Below, one piece after another: positions 1 to 9,334 of a stretch of DNA of 64,000 nucleotides (positions are counted from its first letter, which is position 1; each line of letters opens with the position of its first letter). Location of the stretch: NCBI GenBank assembly GCA_017640485.1, contig JAEPQP010000002.1:2036-66035 (forward strand), read 5' to 3'. This stretch comes from Phycisphaerales bacterium. Lineage in GTDB: Bacteria > Planctomycetota > Phycisphaerae > Phycisphaerales > UBA1924. The translations under genes and the position numbers were made by a program. The notes below the pieces were generated by a model, which was given only the letters and a program-made list of their open reading frames with translations, searched no databases and was not told the origin of the DNA.

Positions 1-279
1 GCAGTTCAATCCCGATCGACTCGGAACAAACAGATCCACATCGCCGTCATTGTCATAATCCGCCGCGATGATCCCCGTCCCCAATCCAGACGCCGGGAAC
101 GCAGGCCGGATCCCCATCGAAACCCCCGCGTTCTCCAGACGCAGTTGCCGATCCATCGGAACCACCTTGGACGAGTTCGGACGCGTCGATTGAACCAGAC
201 CGCTCGGCCCCATCCCCGCGAGCACACCCCCGCCCGCCACAACCGCCGAGCATACCAGTCCAACACGAATCAACGACAT
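1..279 (-). CDS. FG-GAP/VCBS-repeat type secreted protein, N-terminal fragment (gene runs off left edge)
   Basis: Manual minus-strand translation from ATG (CAT at 277-279) gives MSLIRVGLVCSAVVAGGGVLAG (signal-like), then GIIAADYDNDGDVDLFVPS (FG-GAP type Asp-rich loop). The frame is open to position 1. It is not in the ORF track because there is no stop in the window. Confidence 0.55.
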   Translation of the reverse strand, partial: MSLIRVGLVCSAVVAGGGVLAGMGPSGLVQSTRPNSSKVVPMDRQLRLENAGVSMGIRPAFPASGLGTGIIAADYDNDGDVDLFVPSRSGLNC

Positions 280-481
280 ACCAAATCCTCGAAAATCAGG
301 GCAAATCCGTCCCTCCAAGTACAGCACATCCGCTCTCGAAACTCAACCAGAATCCCGTGTATTGGCGCGCTCTTCACAATTTCACACCTTTTCGGACCAC
401 GATCCGCACCCGACTTCTGGATCAGTGGTATACTCCAATCAGAAACCTAACATATTTCCCCCAGCACAACAGGAGAACCCA

Positions 482-892
482 ATGTCCACGACCGCAAGCA
501 CCATCGCTCAGATCGCCAACGACCTCGTTGCCCACTGCCAAACCCCAACCGACGACTTCGTCGAGCACGACGCCAAAATTTGGGACAAGCACTACGCCGA
601 CAACTGGATCAGCATCGAAGGCGACGGCAAGACCTTCCAGGGCCGCGACGAAGTCATCGCCAAGTACAGAGAATGGGAAAAAGGAGTCACCATGCACGGC
701 TGCGAAGTCATCGGCCCATTCCTTGGCCAAACCGGCTTCAGCGTCATCTTCGATATGGATATCGAATGCAACAACGGCACGTTCCCACGCATGAGAATGA
801 AAGAAATCGCCAACTACACCGTCGAGAACGACAAGATCGTCAAAGAAGAGTTCTGCTATCAGTACTCAGACCAATGCGCCGAAGACTGCTAA
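482..892 (+). CDS. SnoaL-like / NTF2-fold small protein
   Basis: ORF 362..892. Internal ATG at 482 (MSTTASTIAQIANDL...). Size and pattern (WDKHYADNW..., EIANYTVENDKIVKEEF) are typical of SnoaL/NTF2-like proteins. The 5' part of the ORF looks non-coding. Confidence 0.55.
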   Translation: MSTTASTIAQIANDLVAHCQTPTDDFVEHDAKIWDKHYADNWISIEGDGKTFQGRDEVIAKYREWEKGVTMHGCEVIGPFLGQTGFSVIFDMDIECNNGTFPRMRMKEIANYTVENDKIVKEEFCYQYSDQCAEDC

Positions 893-904
893 ACAAACAG
901 CCCC

Positions 905-1543
905 TCACGCTTGAGCGGTCCGCGCCGCCGTCACCTTCTCGATCGCTTCCGCGATCGCACGATCGATGTCCTCGTTGATCACGAAGGTGTCGTACACATC
1001 CGATTCTTTCGCAAACGCGATCTCACGCTTCGCTTCCGCGAAGCGTTTTTGGATCTGCTCCTCAGACTCCCGCTTCCGGTTCTGGAGCCGATTCAGCAAC
1101 TCCTCCTCGCTCGGAGGGAGGATAAACATCGCAAACGCATCCGCCATCTTGCTCTTGACCTGCTGCGCCCCCAGCACATCGATCTCCAGGATCACCAATC
1201 GGCCGCGCGCCAGCTGCTCATCAACCCACCGCTTCCGAGTGCCGTACTTCTTCCCGAACACATCCGCCGATTCCAGAAACGCCCCCTCCGCTTCGAGTTC
1301 ATCGAACTGCTCATCGGAGATGAAGTGGTAGTCCACGCCCTCTGTGTCCGCTTCGGTCTTGGCGCGCGTCGTGTAGCTCACCGAGAACACCGAATCCCCG
1401 ATCCCCCGCTCCACGCCGCGCGTAATCGTCGTCTTCCCGACCCCGGAAGGCCCCGAAATAATCAGCAGCAATCCGTTGTCTGTGTCCGTCGCGAGTCGTG
1501 GGTATCCGGTATCCATTTCAATCGTCTCCATACAAACCAGCAT
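905..1543 (-). CDS. gmk: guanylate kinase
   Basis: ORF 905..1816. P-loop ISGPSGVGKTT, SVSYTTR, GVDYHF, and LEIDVLGAQQVK with full-length guanylate kinase layout. Start chosen at ATG 1543, which has GGAGG about 5 nt upstream. Confidence 0.9.
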   Translation of the reverse strand: MLVCMETIEMDTGYPRLATDTDNGLLLIISGPSGVGKTTITRGVERGIGDSVFSVSYTTRAKTEADTEGVDYHFISDEQFDELEAEGAFLESADVFGKKYGTRKRWVDEQLARGRLVILEIDVLGAQQVKSKMADAFAMFILPPSEEELLNRLQNRKRESEEQIQKRFAEAKREIAFAKESDVYDTFVINEDIDRAIAEAIEKVTAARTAQA

Positions 1544-1650
1544 AGCAACCTCCCCCGCGCCTCCCCACACACCCAAACCACAAACCATCAAAAGAAAAAG
1601 AGGACGGCCAGTCCTCCAGACAAGCCGTCCCCGATCAAGAACACCATCAA

Positions 1651-2307
1651 TCAGCGCCGCCGAACTCCGAGCACAAGACCCGCGAGTCCAAGCCCCGCCA
1701 ATGAGCCAGGCACTGGAACCGATCCGATCATCCCGCCGGTGGTATTCAGCGGACGAATCCGATCGCTGATGTCCTCGCCGTAGGTAAAGTTGAGCTCGAC
1801 CTGACCAGCCGTCCATCCATCGAGCGGATTGCCCATCAGATCACCAACGAACACCTCGTAGCGCACCGAGTGGGGACCCTTGACCTCACTGGAATACCAG
1901 TTGTGCGTCATCGTCCCGTCCCATTGCCAGACCTCATCGGACCCATCGGTCCCCAGAATCGGGTCAAACCCAAACTCCGAGTACACCGACAGATGCTCCG
2001 ATCCGCCGAGCGTCCGCACAAACACCCCACTGCTCGGAGGCAGCGAGATGAACCCGCCGACCAACCAACCAAACTGGGAGTTGTGACCTGTGTGGTTGAG
2101 TACCGAAGCATCGCCATCAAACAGACTGGACGATTCCTGCAGCTCAACCGTCGCCATCGCAGGCGACTCAAACCCAATAAACACCTGCTGATCAAAGATC
2201 GACACCAGCAAGTGACTCATATTCCCGCCCATCTGAGGCGTCGTCCCGGCGTGCGATGCCGCACCCAGAACAGAAACAATCCCGATGGTGAACGCTGAAA
2301 GATTCAT
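1651..2307 (-). CDS. PEP-CTERM sorting-domain secreted protein (family C)
   Basis: N-terminal signal peptide MNLSAFTIGIVSVLGAASHAG. C-terminal VPVPGSLAGLGLAGLVLGVRRR is a PEP-CTERM-type tail (P-x-P, hydrophobic helix, Arg cluster). Confidence 0.75.
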   Translation of the reverse strand: MNLSAFTIGIVSVLGAASHAGTTPQMGGNMSHLLVSIFDQQVFIGFESPAMATVELQESSSLFDGDASVLNHTGHNSQFGWLVGGFISLPPSSGVFVRTLGGSEHLSVYSEFGFDPILGTDGSDEVWQWDGTMTHNWYSSEVKGPHSVRYEVFVGDLMGNPLDGWTAGQVELNFTYGEDISDRIRPLNTTGGMIGSVPVPGSLAGLGLAGLVLGVRRR

Positions 2308-2310
2308 GAG

Positions 2311-2940
2311 TTACGCCCTCCGCCGACGAGCCGCGACCAAACCGCCGAGACCCAGCACAGCCGCCCCCGCAGGAGAAGGCACCGCATCGAAATACAGCGT
2401 CACCATGTCGCTCGCGTACTGCGAGTACGCGTTCCCGTCCGCATCACCGACAAACACCTCGTAAGTCACTTCGTATGATCCCAGTTCATCCGCGCTGTAC
2501 CAGTTGTGGACCATCGTCCCGCCCCACATCCACGCGTCGTCCGAACCATCGGTCCCGAGGATCGCGTCGTACGAGTGCATGTCGCGCATCATCCGCATCC
2601 CACCCTCGTACACATTCAAGCCAGCCATAGAGCTCACCCGCTCGATCCACAGGAACTCATCAGCACCCAGACTGATGAACCCATCAGGAACCCAGCCGTA
2701 CTGATCCGAGTAGTAGGTGTCGTTCATCACCGACGAGGCGCCGTCGTAGACCTCGCCTTCAAAGCGGAGCAACTGGATCGCCGAGGACGCATCGTTGTTC
2801 GCGTGCGCCGACACCGCGTTCCCATCAAAGGTCACCATCACATGCTCCATCGGCCAACTGTGCGAGTTGGGAGCGCTGAACCCCGCAACCGCTGAACCAC
2901 TCGCGAGCGCCAGAACCGTCACTGTCATTGTTGCTTTCAT
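2311..2940 (-). CDS. PEP-CTERM sorting-domain secreted protein (family C paralog)
   Basis: Signal peptide MKATMTVTVLALASGSAVAG and tail VPSPAGAAVLGLGGLVAARRRRA. Shares ILGTDGSD..W.W.GTM.HNWYS...YEVFVGD with 1651..2307. Confidence 0.75.
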   Translation of the reverse strand: MKATMTVTVLALASGSAVAGFSAPNSHSWPMEHVMVTFDGNAVSAHANNDASSAIQLLRFEGEVYDGASSVMNDTYYSDQYGWVPDGFISLGADEFLWIERVSSMAGLNVYEGGMRMMRDMHSYDAILGTDGSDDAWMWGGTMVHNWYSADELGSYEVTYEVFVGDADGNAYSQYASDMVTLYFDAVPSPAGAAVLGLGGLVAARRRRA

Positions 2941-2962
2941 CTCAAAATCGCTTTCTATATAT

Positions 2963-2981
2963 ACGCACCCTCAAGGTGCGT
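2963..2981 (-). terminator. hairpin downstream of prepilin-like gene (weak terminator candidate)
   Basis: ACGCACC-ctcaa-GGTGCGT is a 7-bp stem. It is flanked by an A/T-rich sequence but has no clean U-run on the minus strand. Confidence 0.3.
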
Positions 2982-2995
2982 TGTTGTTTCAAAAA

Positions 2996-3754
2996 CTACT
3001 GAACCATCGCCGGGTGCCAATCATCCCGACCGTTCTCCGCGTCGTACACCTCACCAAACGACCGCGTCTCCGCGTGCCCGTCGAGCAACAAGTACCCCGC
3101 GCCGTCCCCGTGCCGCTCCGTCGCGACACCAAACCCAGGCTCCACGCCGCGCGTGCGCCAGAAGTGGGACATGATGTGATCCGCGCTCGAACTCTCCGAC
3201 ATCTCACCAAGCAATATCGTGCCCGATGGACGCGGAACCGACGAACGCTTCCGATACGGCTCAAAGGAAACACCCGGATACTTCTCCGGATCAATCTCCT
3301 CGCGCCTCAACTCGTAATACACATTGAACCCATAACTCACCGCCGCCGTCGAGTACGGCAACCCCGCAACCTCCATCGGACTCTCTCGACGATCATGCCC
3401 GCAACGATAAAACTCGTTCGTCGCATTCCACCAAGACTCATCCTGCCAGAGATCCGACTGCCCCTCAAACGGACGACCGGTCAAATACTCAAACATCTGA
3501 GGCCCCCAAGGTAGCAACCCCGAGAACCCCACCGAATGCTTCGACCTCGGCATCAACCCCTCGTTGTCATCGCTGTACAAACTCATCGCGACACCAAGCG
3601 AACGCATAGTCGCCAAACACTTCACCGATCGCGCACTCCCGCGCGCCCCAGCAAGTGCAGGCATCAGCATCCCGATCAACAACGCGACAATCGCGATCAC
3701 AACAAGCAACTCAATCAGCGTAAACCCGCGACGAGCACCCAATAAGTGTTGCAT
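2996..3754 (-). CDS. prepilin-type N-terminal cleavage/methylation domain protein (DUF1559-like pseudopilin)
   Basis: N-terminus RRGFTLIELLVVIAIVALLIGMLMPAL is the canonical G/FTLIE prepilin motif. The remainder resembles planctomycete DUF1559 proteins. Confidence 0.85.
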   Translation of the reverse strand: MQHLLGARRGFTLIELLVVIAIVALLIGMLMPALAGARGSARSVKCLATMRSLGVAMSLYSDDNEGLMPRSKHSVGFSGLLPWGPQMFEYLTGRPFEGQSDLWQDESWWNATNEFYRCGHDRRESPMEVAGLPYSTAAVSYGFNVYYELRREEIDPEKYPGVSFEPYRKRSSVPRPSGTILLGEMSESSSADHIMSHFWRTRGVEPGFGVATERHGDGAGYLLLDGHAETRSFGEVYDAENGRDDWHPAMVQ

Positions 3755-3842
3755 ACCAGCAACCCTCCATCAGTGCGCACAAGCGCACCAAATCAGAAGT
3801 CAGTTATTTCAGTTTGGTATCAAAGAGCTACGAGCACTCAAC

Positions 3843-4295
3843 TCACGCACGCGGCGGAGGAGTCGGGAGCTCAAGCCCCCTCGACCAAGGCACCCGGTCA
3901 TTCTCAGCAGCAACCAGCGAACACCCAGTATCCGCAAACTCCACCGATCCCGATTGCCCCATCATCGTCCCCACAAAGAACGCGATCGCGGCACTCGTAC
4001 CAGCACCGCCCATCGCGTCGATCGTCTCGTTGTTCTTCGGGACCCTGCGAACAGGTGCCGTGTCGCTCCCGCTCCCTGAGTGCATATCCCCCGACACACA
4101 CAATGGACACGCCGGCTCCTCAGGAGTCGGCATCAGACACGAACACATCGCCTGCCCACACACCGACCACGCCGGACGATCACGATCGATCGTCGACAAC
4201 ACAAACGACCACCCCGATCCCGCCAGCACAAACCCCAGCGCGAAAATCATCGTCGCCGCAAGCTCAAAGCCGGATTGGAATAGTCGCGTACCCAT
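3843..4295 (-). CDS. hypothetical membrane protein
   Basis: ORF 3843..4316 with ATG at 4295. G-ending codon bias matches other minus-strand genes on this side. There is a hydrophobic N-terminus (FELAATMIFALGFVLAG). No recognisable family. Confidence 0.35.
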   Translation of the reverse strand: MGTRLFQSGFELAATMIFALGFVLAGSGWSFVLSTIDRDRPAWSVCGQAMCSCLMPTPEEPACPLCVSGDMHSGSGSDTAPVRRVPKNNETIDAMGGAGTSAAIAFFVGTMMGQSGSVEFADTGCSLVAAENDRVPWSRGLELPTPPPRA

Positions 4296-4345
4296 GTCGC
4301 AAGAAAGAATATGCATTCACAAGAAAGTGGTTCCACAAAAGATCA

Positions 4346-5494
4346 TCAATCCCCGAAATTCGCATTCAACAGGAACGAAACCGCATCACGAACCCGCGAT
4401 TCTTCGATCCGCTCGATCGCGCACCGCTCCGGATGGTCATTCGCTGTTTCATGTGCAGGGAGTTCCGGATCCGCGACCAGCACCACCTCACTCCCGCGCC
4501 CATCCGCGAGCGTCCGAACCGGAACCGTTGTCCATCTCGGATCCGTAGGCCCAAACATCGTCACCAGCTTCGTTCCCATCGCCGCCGCGATGTGTCTTGG
4601 ACCCGTGTCATTCGTCACCATGATGTCCGCGCGCTCGCAGATCGCTTTGAGCGCACCGAGTGTGTTCCCAAGCGCAGGCAATGAAACAGGACCAGTCACA
4701 GGATCACTCGAACTCTCCGACCGGATCGTTTCAATCAGTTCGCTTTCTGCCGGAGACCCATTGAGCAGCACCCGCATCCCGTGCTCATCGTGCAACCAAT
4801 CCGCCAATCGCGCAAACCGTTCCGCGGGCCACCGCTTCTTCTCGTTGTTCCCGCCAGGATTCAGAACAGCGAACCGCTCCCCATCACCAATCCCCGCCTT
4901 CGCCAGTATCTCATCACACTTCGTCTGGTCAGCATCCGACACCGGAAGTTCCATCACCACCCCATCCGGAAGCGTCAGCGGCATCTCCACACAATCCACC
5001 GGCTCATGCACCGACCAATCCACCCCCGGCTCCCCCAACAAATGAGCCGCGAGATTCCAGTAGTAATCCACCGCAGGCACCATCTGCCATGACCGATCAT
5101 CATTGCGAGGAGGCACCACCTTATCCGTCAGCAACATCCCCCGCCCGTCCCGCTCATACCCGATCCGACGAGGGATAAACGCGATCCGCGTCGTCAGCGC
5201 CGTCGAGAACGAGTTCGTCAGCAGCAGCGCCGTGTCGTAGCGGCGCGGACGAACCTTCGCCGCCGCCTTCTTCGTCGCCATCATCCCATGAGGCACAAAC
5301 ACATGCACCTCATCAAACAAGTCGGACCCTTCCCCTTGAGAACTGATCAGCTGATCTATCCCAGGCCGACACAGCGCCCCAATAAAGATCCCAGGCATCG
5401 CCTCGCGGATCCTCCGAATCGCAGGCGTCGCCATCACCACATCACCCACCCACGAAGGCAGCACGATCAACAACCGCAACGGACGATCACCCAT
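4346..5494 (-). CDS. glycosyltransferase family 9 (ADP-heptose:LPS heptosyltransferase-like)
   Basis: LRLLIVLPSWVGDVVMATPAIRRI near the N-terminus and NDTGPRHIAAAMGTKLVTMFGPTDP near the C-terminus are GT9 hallmarks. ATG at 5494 overlaps the gmhB stop by 1 nt (TGATG). An alternative start is 5518. Confidence 0.85.
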   Translation of the reverse strand: MGDRPLRLLIVLPSWVGDVVMATPAIRRIREAMPGIFIGALCRPGIDQLISSQGEGSDLFDEVHVFVPHGMMATKKAAAKVRPRRYDTALLLTNSFSTALTTRIAFIPRRIGYERDGRGMLLTDKVVPPRNDDRSWQMVPAVDYYWNLAAHLLGEPGVDWSVHEPVDCVEMPLTLPDGVVMELPVSDADQTKCDEILAKAGIGDGERFAVLNPGGNNEKKRWPAERFARLADWLHDEHGMRVLLNGSPAESELIETIRSESSSDPVTGPVSLPALGNTLGALKAICERADIMVTNDTGPRHIAAAMGTKLVTMFGPTDPRWTTVPVRTLADGRGSEVVLVADPELPAHETANDHPERCAIERIEESRVRDAVSFLLNANFGD

Positions 5495-6393
5495 CACCAG
5501 TCCCGCCCGACCGACCACAACGCCGTCCCGAAGTTCCGCTCGTGCCAGCGATTCGTGTCCCGGCGCAACTGCGCCATAAACGCGAGCGCCCCCAAGCGAT
5601 GCACCCCGATCACGACCTCGATGTGCTTCGAATCAATCGCGAGCTCATGGATCTCGATCCCCGTCCGCTCCGCGATCCCCCGCGCCACCGCCTCGACCAT
5701 CTCCCGCGTCCGCTCGTCCGCCATCGGCACAAACCCCGCGTCCGTCGATTCCAGCTTCACCCGTGTCCCAGGCTCGATCTCCGGATGCGCATCGACCTCC
5801 GATCCTGAACCAGCAGGCTCCGTCAGAATCTCCTCCGCCGCCGCCATCAGATCCGCGTGCGCGCAGCCACCCCCAATCTGAATCGTGTGCGCCTCCGGCA
5901 CCCCCGCATCCATCCCCGCATCCAAATCCCTCTGCTTATCCCCGATCATCCACGACGTGCTCGCATCCAACCCAAGCTCTTCGCACGCCGCCCGGATCAT
6001 CCCCCCATGAGGCTTGCGCCAAGGATGATCACAGTCATACGGCTCCACACACCCCTCCGCATGATGCGGCGCAAAGTACCACCCCTCGATCAACTGTTCA
6101 CCATACACCCCGCATCCTTTTCCATTGATCTTCTCCCGCAGCGCATCATTCACCGCCTCAACACACCGTGTCGTCCCGCCCCCACGCGCCAGGCCCCCCT
6201 GATTCGTGATCACCACAAGCACATACCCCGCGTTCTTCAACGCCACCAGCGCCTCCCGAACCCCATCCATCAACACCGCATACTCGGGCTTCAGCAGATC
6301 CCCCTCCTTGACCCCCTCCCACGCCCCAGCCGGGAGCTCCGCGTTGACATTAATCGTGTCGTCCCGATCTAAGAATACCGCTGCGCGCTTCAT
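5494..6393 (-). CDS. gmhB: D-glycero-D-manno-heptose 1,7-bisphosphate phosphatase (HAD-IIIA) with about 100-aa C-terminal extension
   Basis: MKRAAVFLDRDDTIN (HAD motif I), VVITNQGG (motif II), and RKPHGGM...GDKQRDLDAG (motifs III/IV). Start ATG at 6393. The upstream part of ORF 5494..6651 looks non-coding. Confidence 0.8.
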   Translation of the reverse strand: MKRAAVFLDRDDTINVNAELPAGAWEGVKEGDLLKPEYAVLMDGVREALVALKNAGYVLVVITNQGGLARGGGTTRCVEAVNDALREKINGKGCGVYGEQLIEGWYFAPHHAEGCVEPYDCDHPWRKPHGGMIRAACEELGLDASTSWMIGDKQRDLDAGMDAGVPEAHTIQIGGGCAHADLMAAAEEILTEPAGSGSEVDAHPEIEPGTRVKLESTDAGFVPMADERTREMVEAVARGIAERTGIEIHELAIDSKHIEVVIGVHRLGALAFMAQLRRDTNRWHERNFGTALWSVGRDW

Positions 6394-6409
6394 GCAAGAG
6401 CATAGCAGC

Positions 6410-7903
6410 ATGGACACAGATTCGGCAGCAGCCCGTATACTCGAATGCATGATCTGGCACGCAGCCGCCATCACACTCCTTATCGCAGGCATCATCCTGT
6501 TCCTCTGGTCATGGTTCTGGGATCGACCAAACTTCCGAGGCCGACCAAAGCATCGTTGCCCGAAGTGCTGGTACGACCTCACAGATTCGGCAAGCCTTCC
6601 AATCACCTGCCCCGAGTGCGGCAGAGTTTGCAAGACCCAACGATCCACCACCCGAACACGGCGTCACAAACGAACCGCACTCCTCGCAATCCTTCTTGTT
6701 CTCGCATCACCCATCGCCGCGCTCACGCCCGCGTACCACAACGGGACTCTGCTAAGCAAGGTCCCAACGGGAGTCCTCGTTCAACTCTTACCAATTACAC
6801 CCGAATGGAGAAAGCATCTTCGTGGTCCAAACCGAAACCAGAACCATCCGGGATTCGAACTCAGTCGTCGTCTGTCAGGGAACACAAAGCCCATGGCCAA
6901 CGAGGAGTATGTCGAGCTCATCAACACGATCGCCGAGGGAAACCTATTCGCAAAGCCAGGTTCACCAAGATGGGCCAAAACCACTGGTGACTGGTTCGGA
7001 AGCCAATCGTTCCGATTCGAAGACTTCGCAACTGGAGAACAGCACTACCCCGACGGCACCCCAGCCGATCAAGCCCTCCTCGACGCATTCGAAAGACTCG
7101 CCAATGTTCTCCCACAATGGGACCCCAAGACCAGAGCAGTCTGGCCAGAAGGTGAAGTCATCACACTTTGGTCCGGATACGAACACCCCAGCTGGTTCAG
7201 CAGTCAGCTCTACGAAAGCGCCACCCTCATTATCCGAGGCCATCAACCAGAACCAGAGCGAGTCGAGATCAAAGACTTCCTGAGTCACTTCCAACTCAAA
7301 GCGCGAGGAAAATCGGGGGATCACATCGAATGCGACATCACTCTCAACTACCACAGAGTCCCGCCAGACTGGGGTTGGAACCCAGAAGAACCGCTTCCAC
7401 CCATCAAGACCGAACAGTTCAGCATCAGCTGGGACATCGTCAGCACGATGGAAGACGCGGTTCGCTTGGTTGATTCACAAGAGATCCACGAAGCACTGAT
7501 CGTCCACACAGCACAAGCGATCCCGCAATCACTCGATGACTTCGAGTTCCACGAAGATTTCCTCGAGCCCCAGTTCGATCAGATCGGATTCGGAGTCATC
7601 ATCCAAGTCTACGACGCCGATGAGTTCCTCGGACAATCCGAGCACAGATGGATGGCAAACAAAGGCGAGTGGATCGGACGAATCACAAGCATGATCGGAA
7701 CGCCTTGGGAAAAATATACTGAGTACACCCAGCGAGCAGCCGACGCACTATCCCGCGGCTCGCTCCGCTTGAAGATCATCGGAGACCCGATCCTCGCGAT
7801 GGAAATCCGCGAAGCACAGACAGTCTGGAAGGGTGAAATCGACATCACCTACCAAGAAGCACTGGTGGTCATCGATCAGTATCAAGCGATGGAAGAGCAG
7901 TAA
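6410..7903 (+). CDS. membrane protein with cytoplasmic zinc-ribbon (CPKCWYDL...CPECG) and large C-terminal domain of unknown function
   Basis: ORF 6206..7903 with ATG at 6410 (alternatives 6392 and 6449). One TM helix, then RCPKCWYDLTDSASLPITCPECGRV, a second TM helix and about 380 aa with no recognisable family. Confidence 0.6.
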   Translation: MDTDSAAARILECMIWHAAAITLLIAGIILFLWSWFWDRPNFRGRPKHRCPKCWYDLTDSASLPITCPECGRVCKTQRSTTRTRRHKRTALLAILLVLASPIAALTPAYHNGTLLSKVPTGVLVQLLPITPEWRKHLRGPNRNQNHPGFELSRRLSGNTKPMANEEYVELINTIAEGNLFAKPGSPRWAKTTGDWFGSQSFRFEDFATGEQHYPDGTPADQALLDAFERLANVLPQWDPKTRAVWPEGEVITLWSGYEHPSWFSSQLYESATLIIRGHQPEPERVEIKDFLSHFQLKARGKSGDHIECDITLNYHRVPPDWGWNPEEPLPPIKTEQFSISWDIVSTMEDAVRLVDSQEIHEALIVHTAQAIPQSLDDFEFHEDFLEPQFDQIGFGVIIQVYDADEFLGQSEHRWMANKGEWIGRITSMIGTPWEKYTEYTQRAADALSRGSLRLKIIGDPILAMEIREAQTVWKGEIDITYQEALVVIDQYQAMEEQ

Positions 7904-7969
7904 CCACACTCTTCAAAATGGATCGTTCAGAATCTGCAACCATTCAGAACAGTCCCAGTACACCCCCCC

Positions 7970-9334
7970 ATGCAGCAGGGGACCACAACTCATCCTCCAC
8001 ACCCGGATCACCACCCGGATCCTCAACAGGATCAGCAGCCATCCACGCTGACCACCACCCTCCTCTCCGGCGCCATCTTCTTCTTCCTCCTCTACGGCTA
8101 CTTCCTCCTCCGCCCGCTCCGCGAAGCGATGGGTGTCCAGCGCTCGATGTCCGACCTCCGCACACTCTTCCTCATCACATGCGCCGCGTCCCTCATCATC
8201 TCACTCGCCTTCGGATCCCTCGTCTCCCGCGCCAACCCAAGGCGATTCATCACCATCGGATACCGAGCCGTCATCGCGTGCCTGCTCGTCTTCGTCCTCG
8301 CGCTCCTCACCCTCCCCGACGACCTCAAGCTCTACTCCGGGTATGTCTTCTATGTCTGGCTCTCCATCGTCAATCTCTTTATGGTCTCAGTCTTCTGGGG
8401 ATTCATGGCCGACACCTGGTCGCTCGAGCTCGCCAAAAAACTCTACCCAACCATCGGAGTCGGAGGCACCCTCGGCGCCATCCTCGGCTCATACACCGCA
8501 TGGACCACCGCCGACCTCATCGGACCCATCTGGCAAATGCTCGCCGCGTGCCTCTGCTTCGAGGGCGCGATTCAAACCATGCGCCGCGTCAAGCAGACGA
8601 CTACCCAACACCAACAACCAGACCGCTCACCACAAAACCAGCCCATCGGAGGCACCTGGCACCAAGGCGCCACCACCCTCCTCCGCTCACCCTATCTCCT
8701 CGGCATTGGTCTCTACATCACCCTCGTCGCCGTCAGCTCCACACTCATCTACTTCACCCAAGCCAACATCGTCTCCGAAGCCGAGGAAGAACTCACGCAA
8801 CGCATAGCCCTCTTCGCGCAGCTCGATCTCTACGCGCAAATAGCCACCCTCCTCGTCCAGCTCTTCGTCACCGCCAAGCTCATCAAACACCTCGGGATCG
8901 CCTTCGCGCTATCTATCATCCCCATCATCACCCTGCTCGGATTCATCGCCCTTGCGTGGGTCTCGGATCAACCCGACATCGAACCCTGGCAGGTCTTTGC
9001 CGTTCTTGCAATCTTCAGCGCTGTCCACCGTGCCACACGCTACGCGATCATCCGTCCGGCGCGCGAAACCCTCTTCTCTGTGGTTTCTCGACACGAGAAA
9101 TACAAATCTAAACCCATCATCGATGTCTTCCTCTATCGCGGAGGAGATGTCGCAGGCACCGGGATCGAGTCCGCACTCGCCGGCGCCGCTGTCGGGCTCT
9201 GGGGGATGGTGATGGTCGCCGCCCCCCTCGCCGCGCTCTGGTCGGGTCTCGCCATCGCGCTGGGAATTATGCAACACGCACGCAACCAATCAGTATCACC
9301 AGATACACAACCACCACAGGAGATCCCATCATGA
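7970..9334 (+). CDS. TLC/Npt1-like (ATP:ADP antiporter family) or related MFS-type transporter
   Basis: Polytopic membrane protein. N-terminal FFFLLYGYFLLRPLREAMGV resembles the conserved Y-x-I-L-R-P-x-R-D-x-x-G motif of COG3202/TLC-family nucleotide transporters. Confidence 0.6.
   Translation: MQQGTTTHPPHPDHHPDPQQDQQPSTLTTTLLSGAIFFFLLYGYFLLRPLREAMGVQRSMSDLRTLFLITCAASLIISLAFGSLVSRANPRRFITIGYRAVIACLLVFVLALLTLPDDLKLYSGYVFYVWLSIVNLFMVSVFWGFMADTWSLELAKKLYPTIGVGGTLGAILGSYTAWTTADLIGPIWQMLAACLCFEGAIQTMRRVKQTTTQHQQPDRSPQNQPIGGTWHQGATTLLRSPYLLGIGLYITLVAVSSTLIYFTQANIVSEAEEELTQRIALFAQLDLYAQIATLLVQLFVTAKLIKHLGIAFALSIIPIITLLGFIALAWVSDQPDIEPWQVFAVLAIFSAVHRATRYAIIRPARETLFSVVSRHEKYKSKPIIDVFLYRGGDVAGTGIESALAGAAVGLWGMVMVAAPLAALWSGLAIALGIMQHARNQSVSPDTQPPQEIPS

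Noticed and set aside
6-266. ORFs 6..266 and 53..253 on the minus strand
   Set aside because: They are out of frame with the better-supported edge-truncated ORF 1..279, which has a signal peptide and an FG-GAP-like motif. Their translations are R/G/W-rich.
5494-5830. IS200/RAYT-like transposase remnant fused to gmhB
   Set aside because: The similarity is only a vague pattern. There is no HUH motif, no catalytic Tyr context and no flanking repeats. It is kept only as an unexplained extension in the findings.
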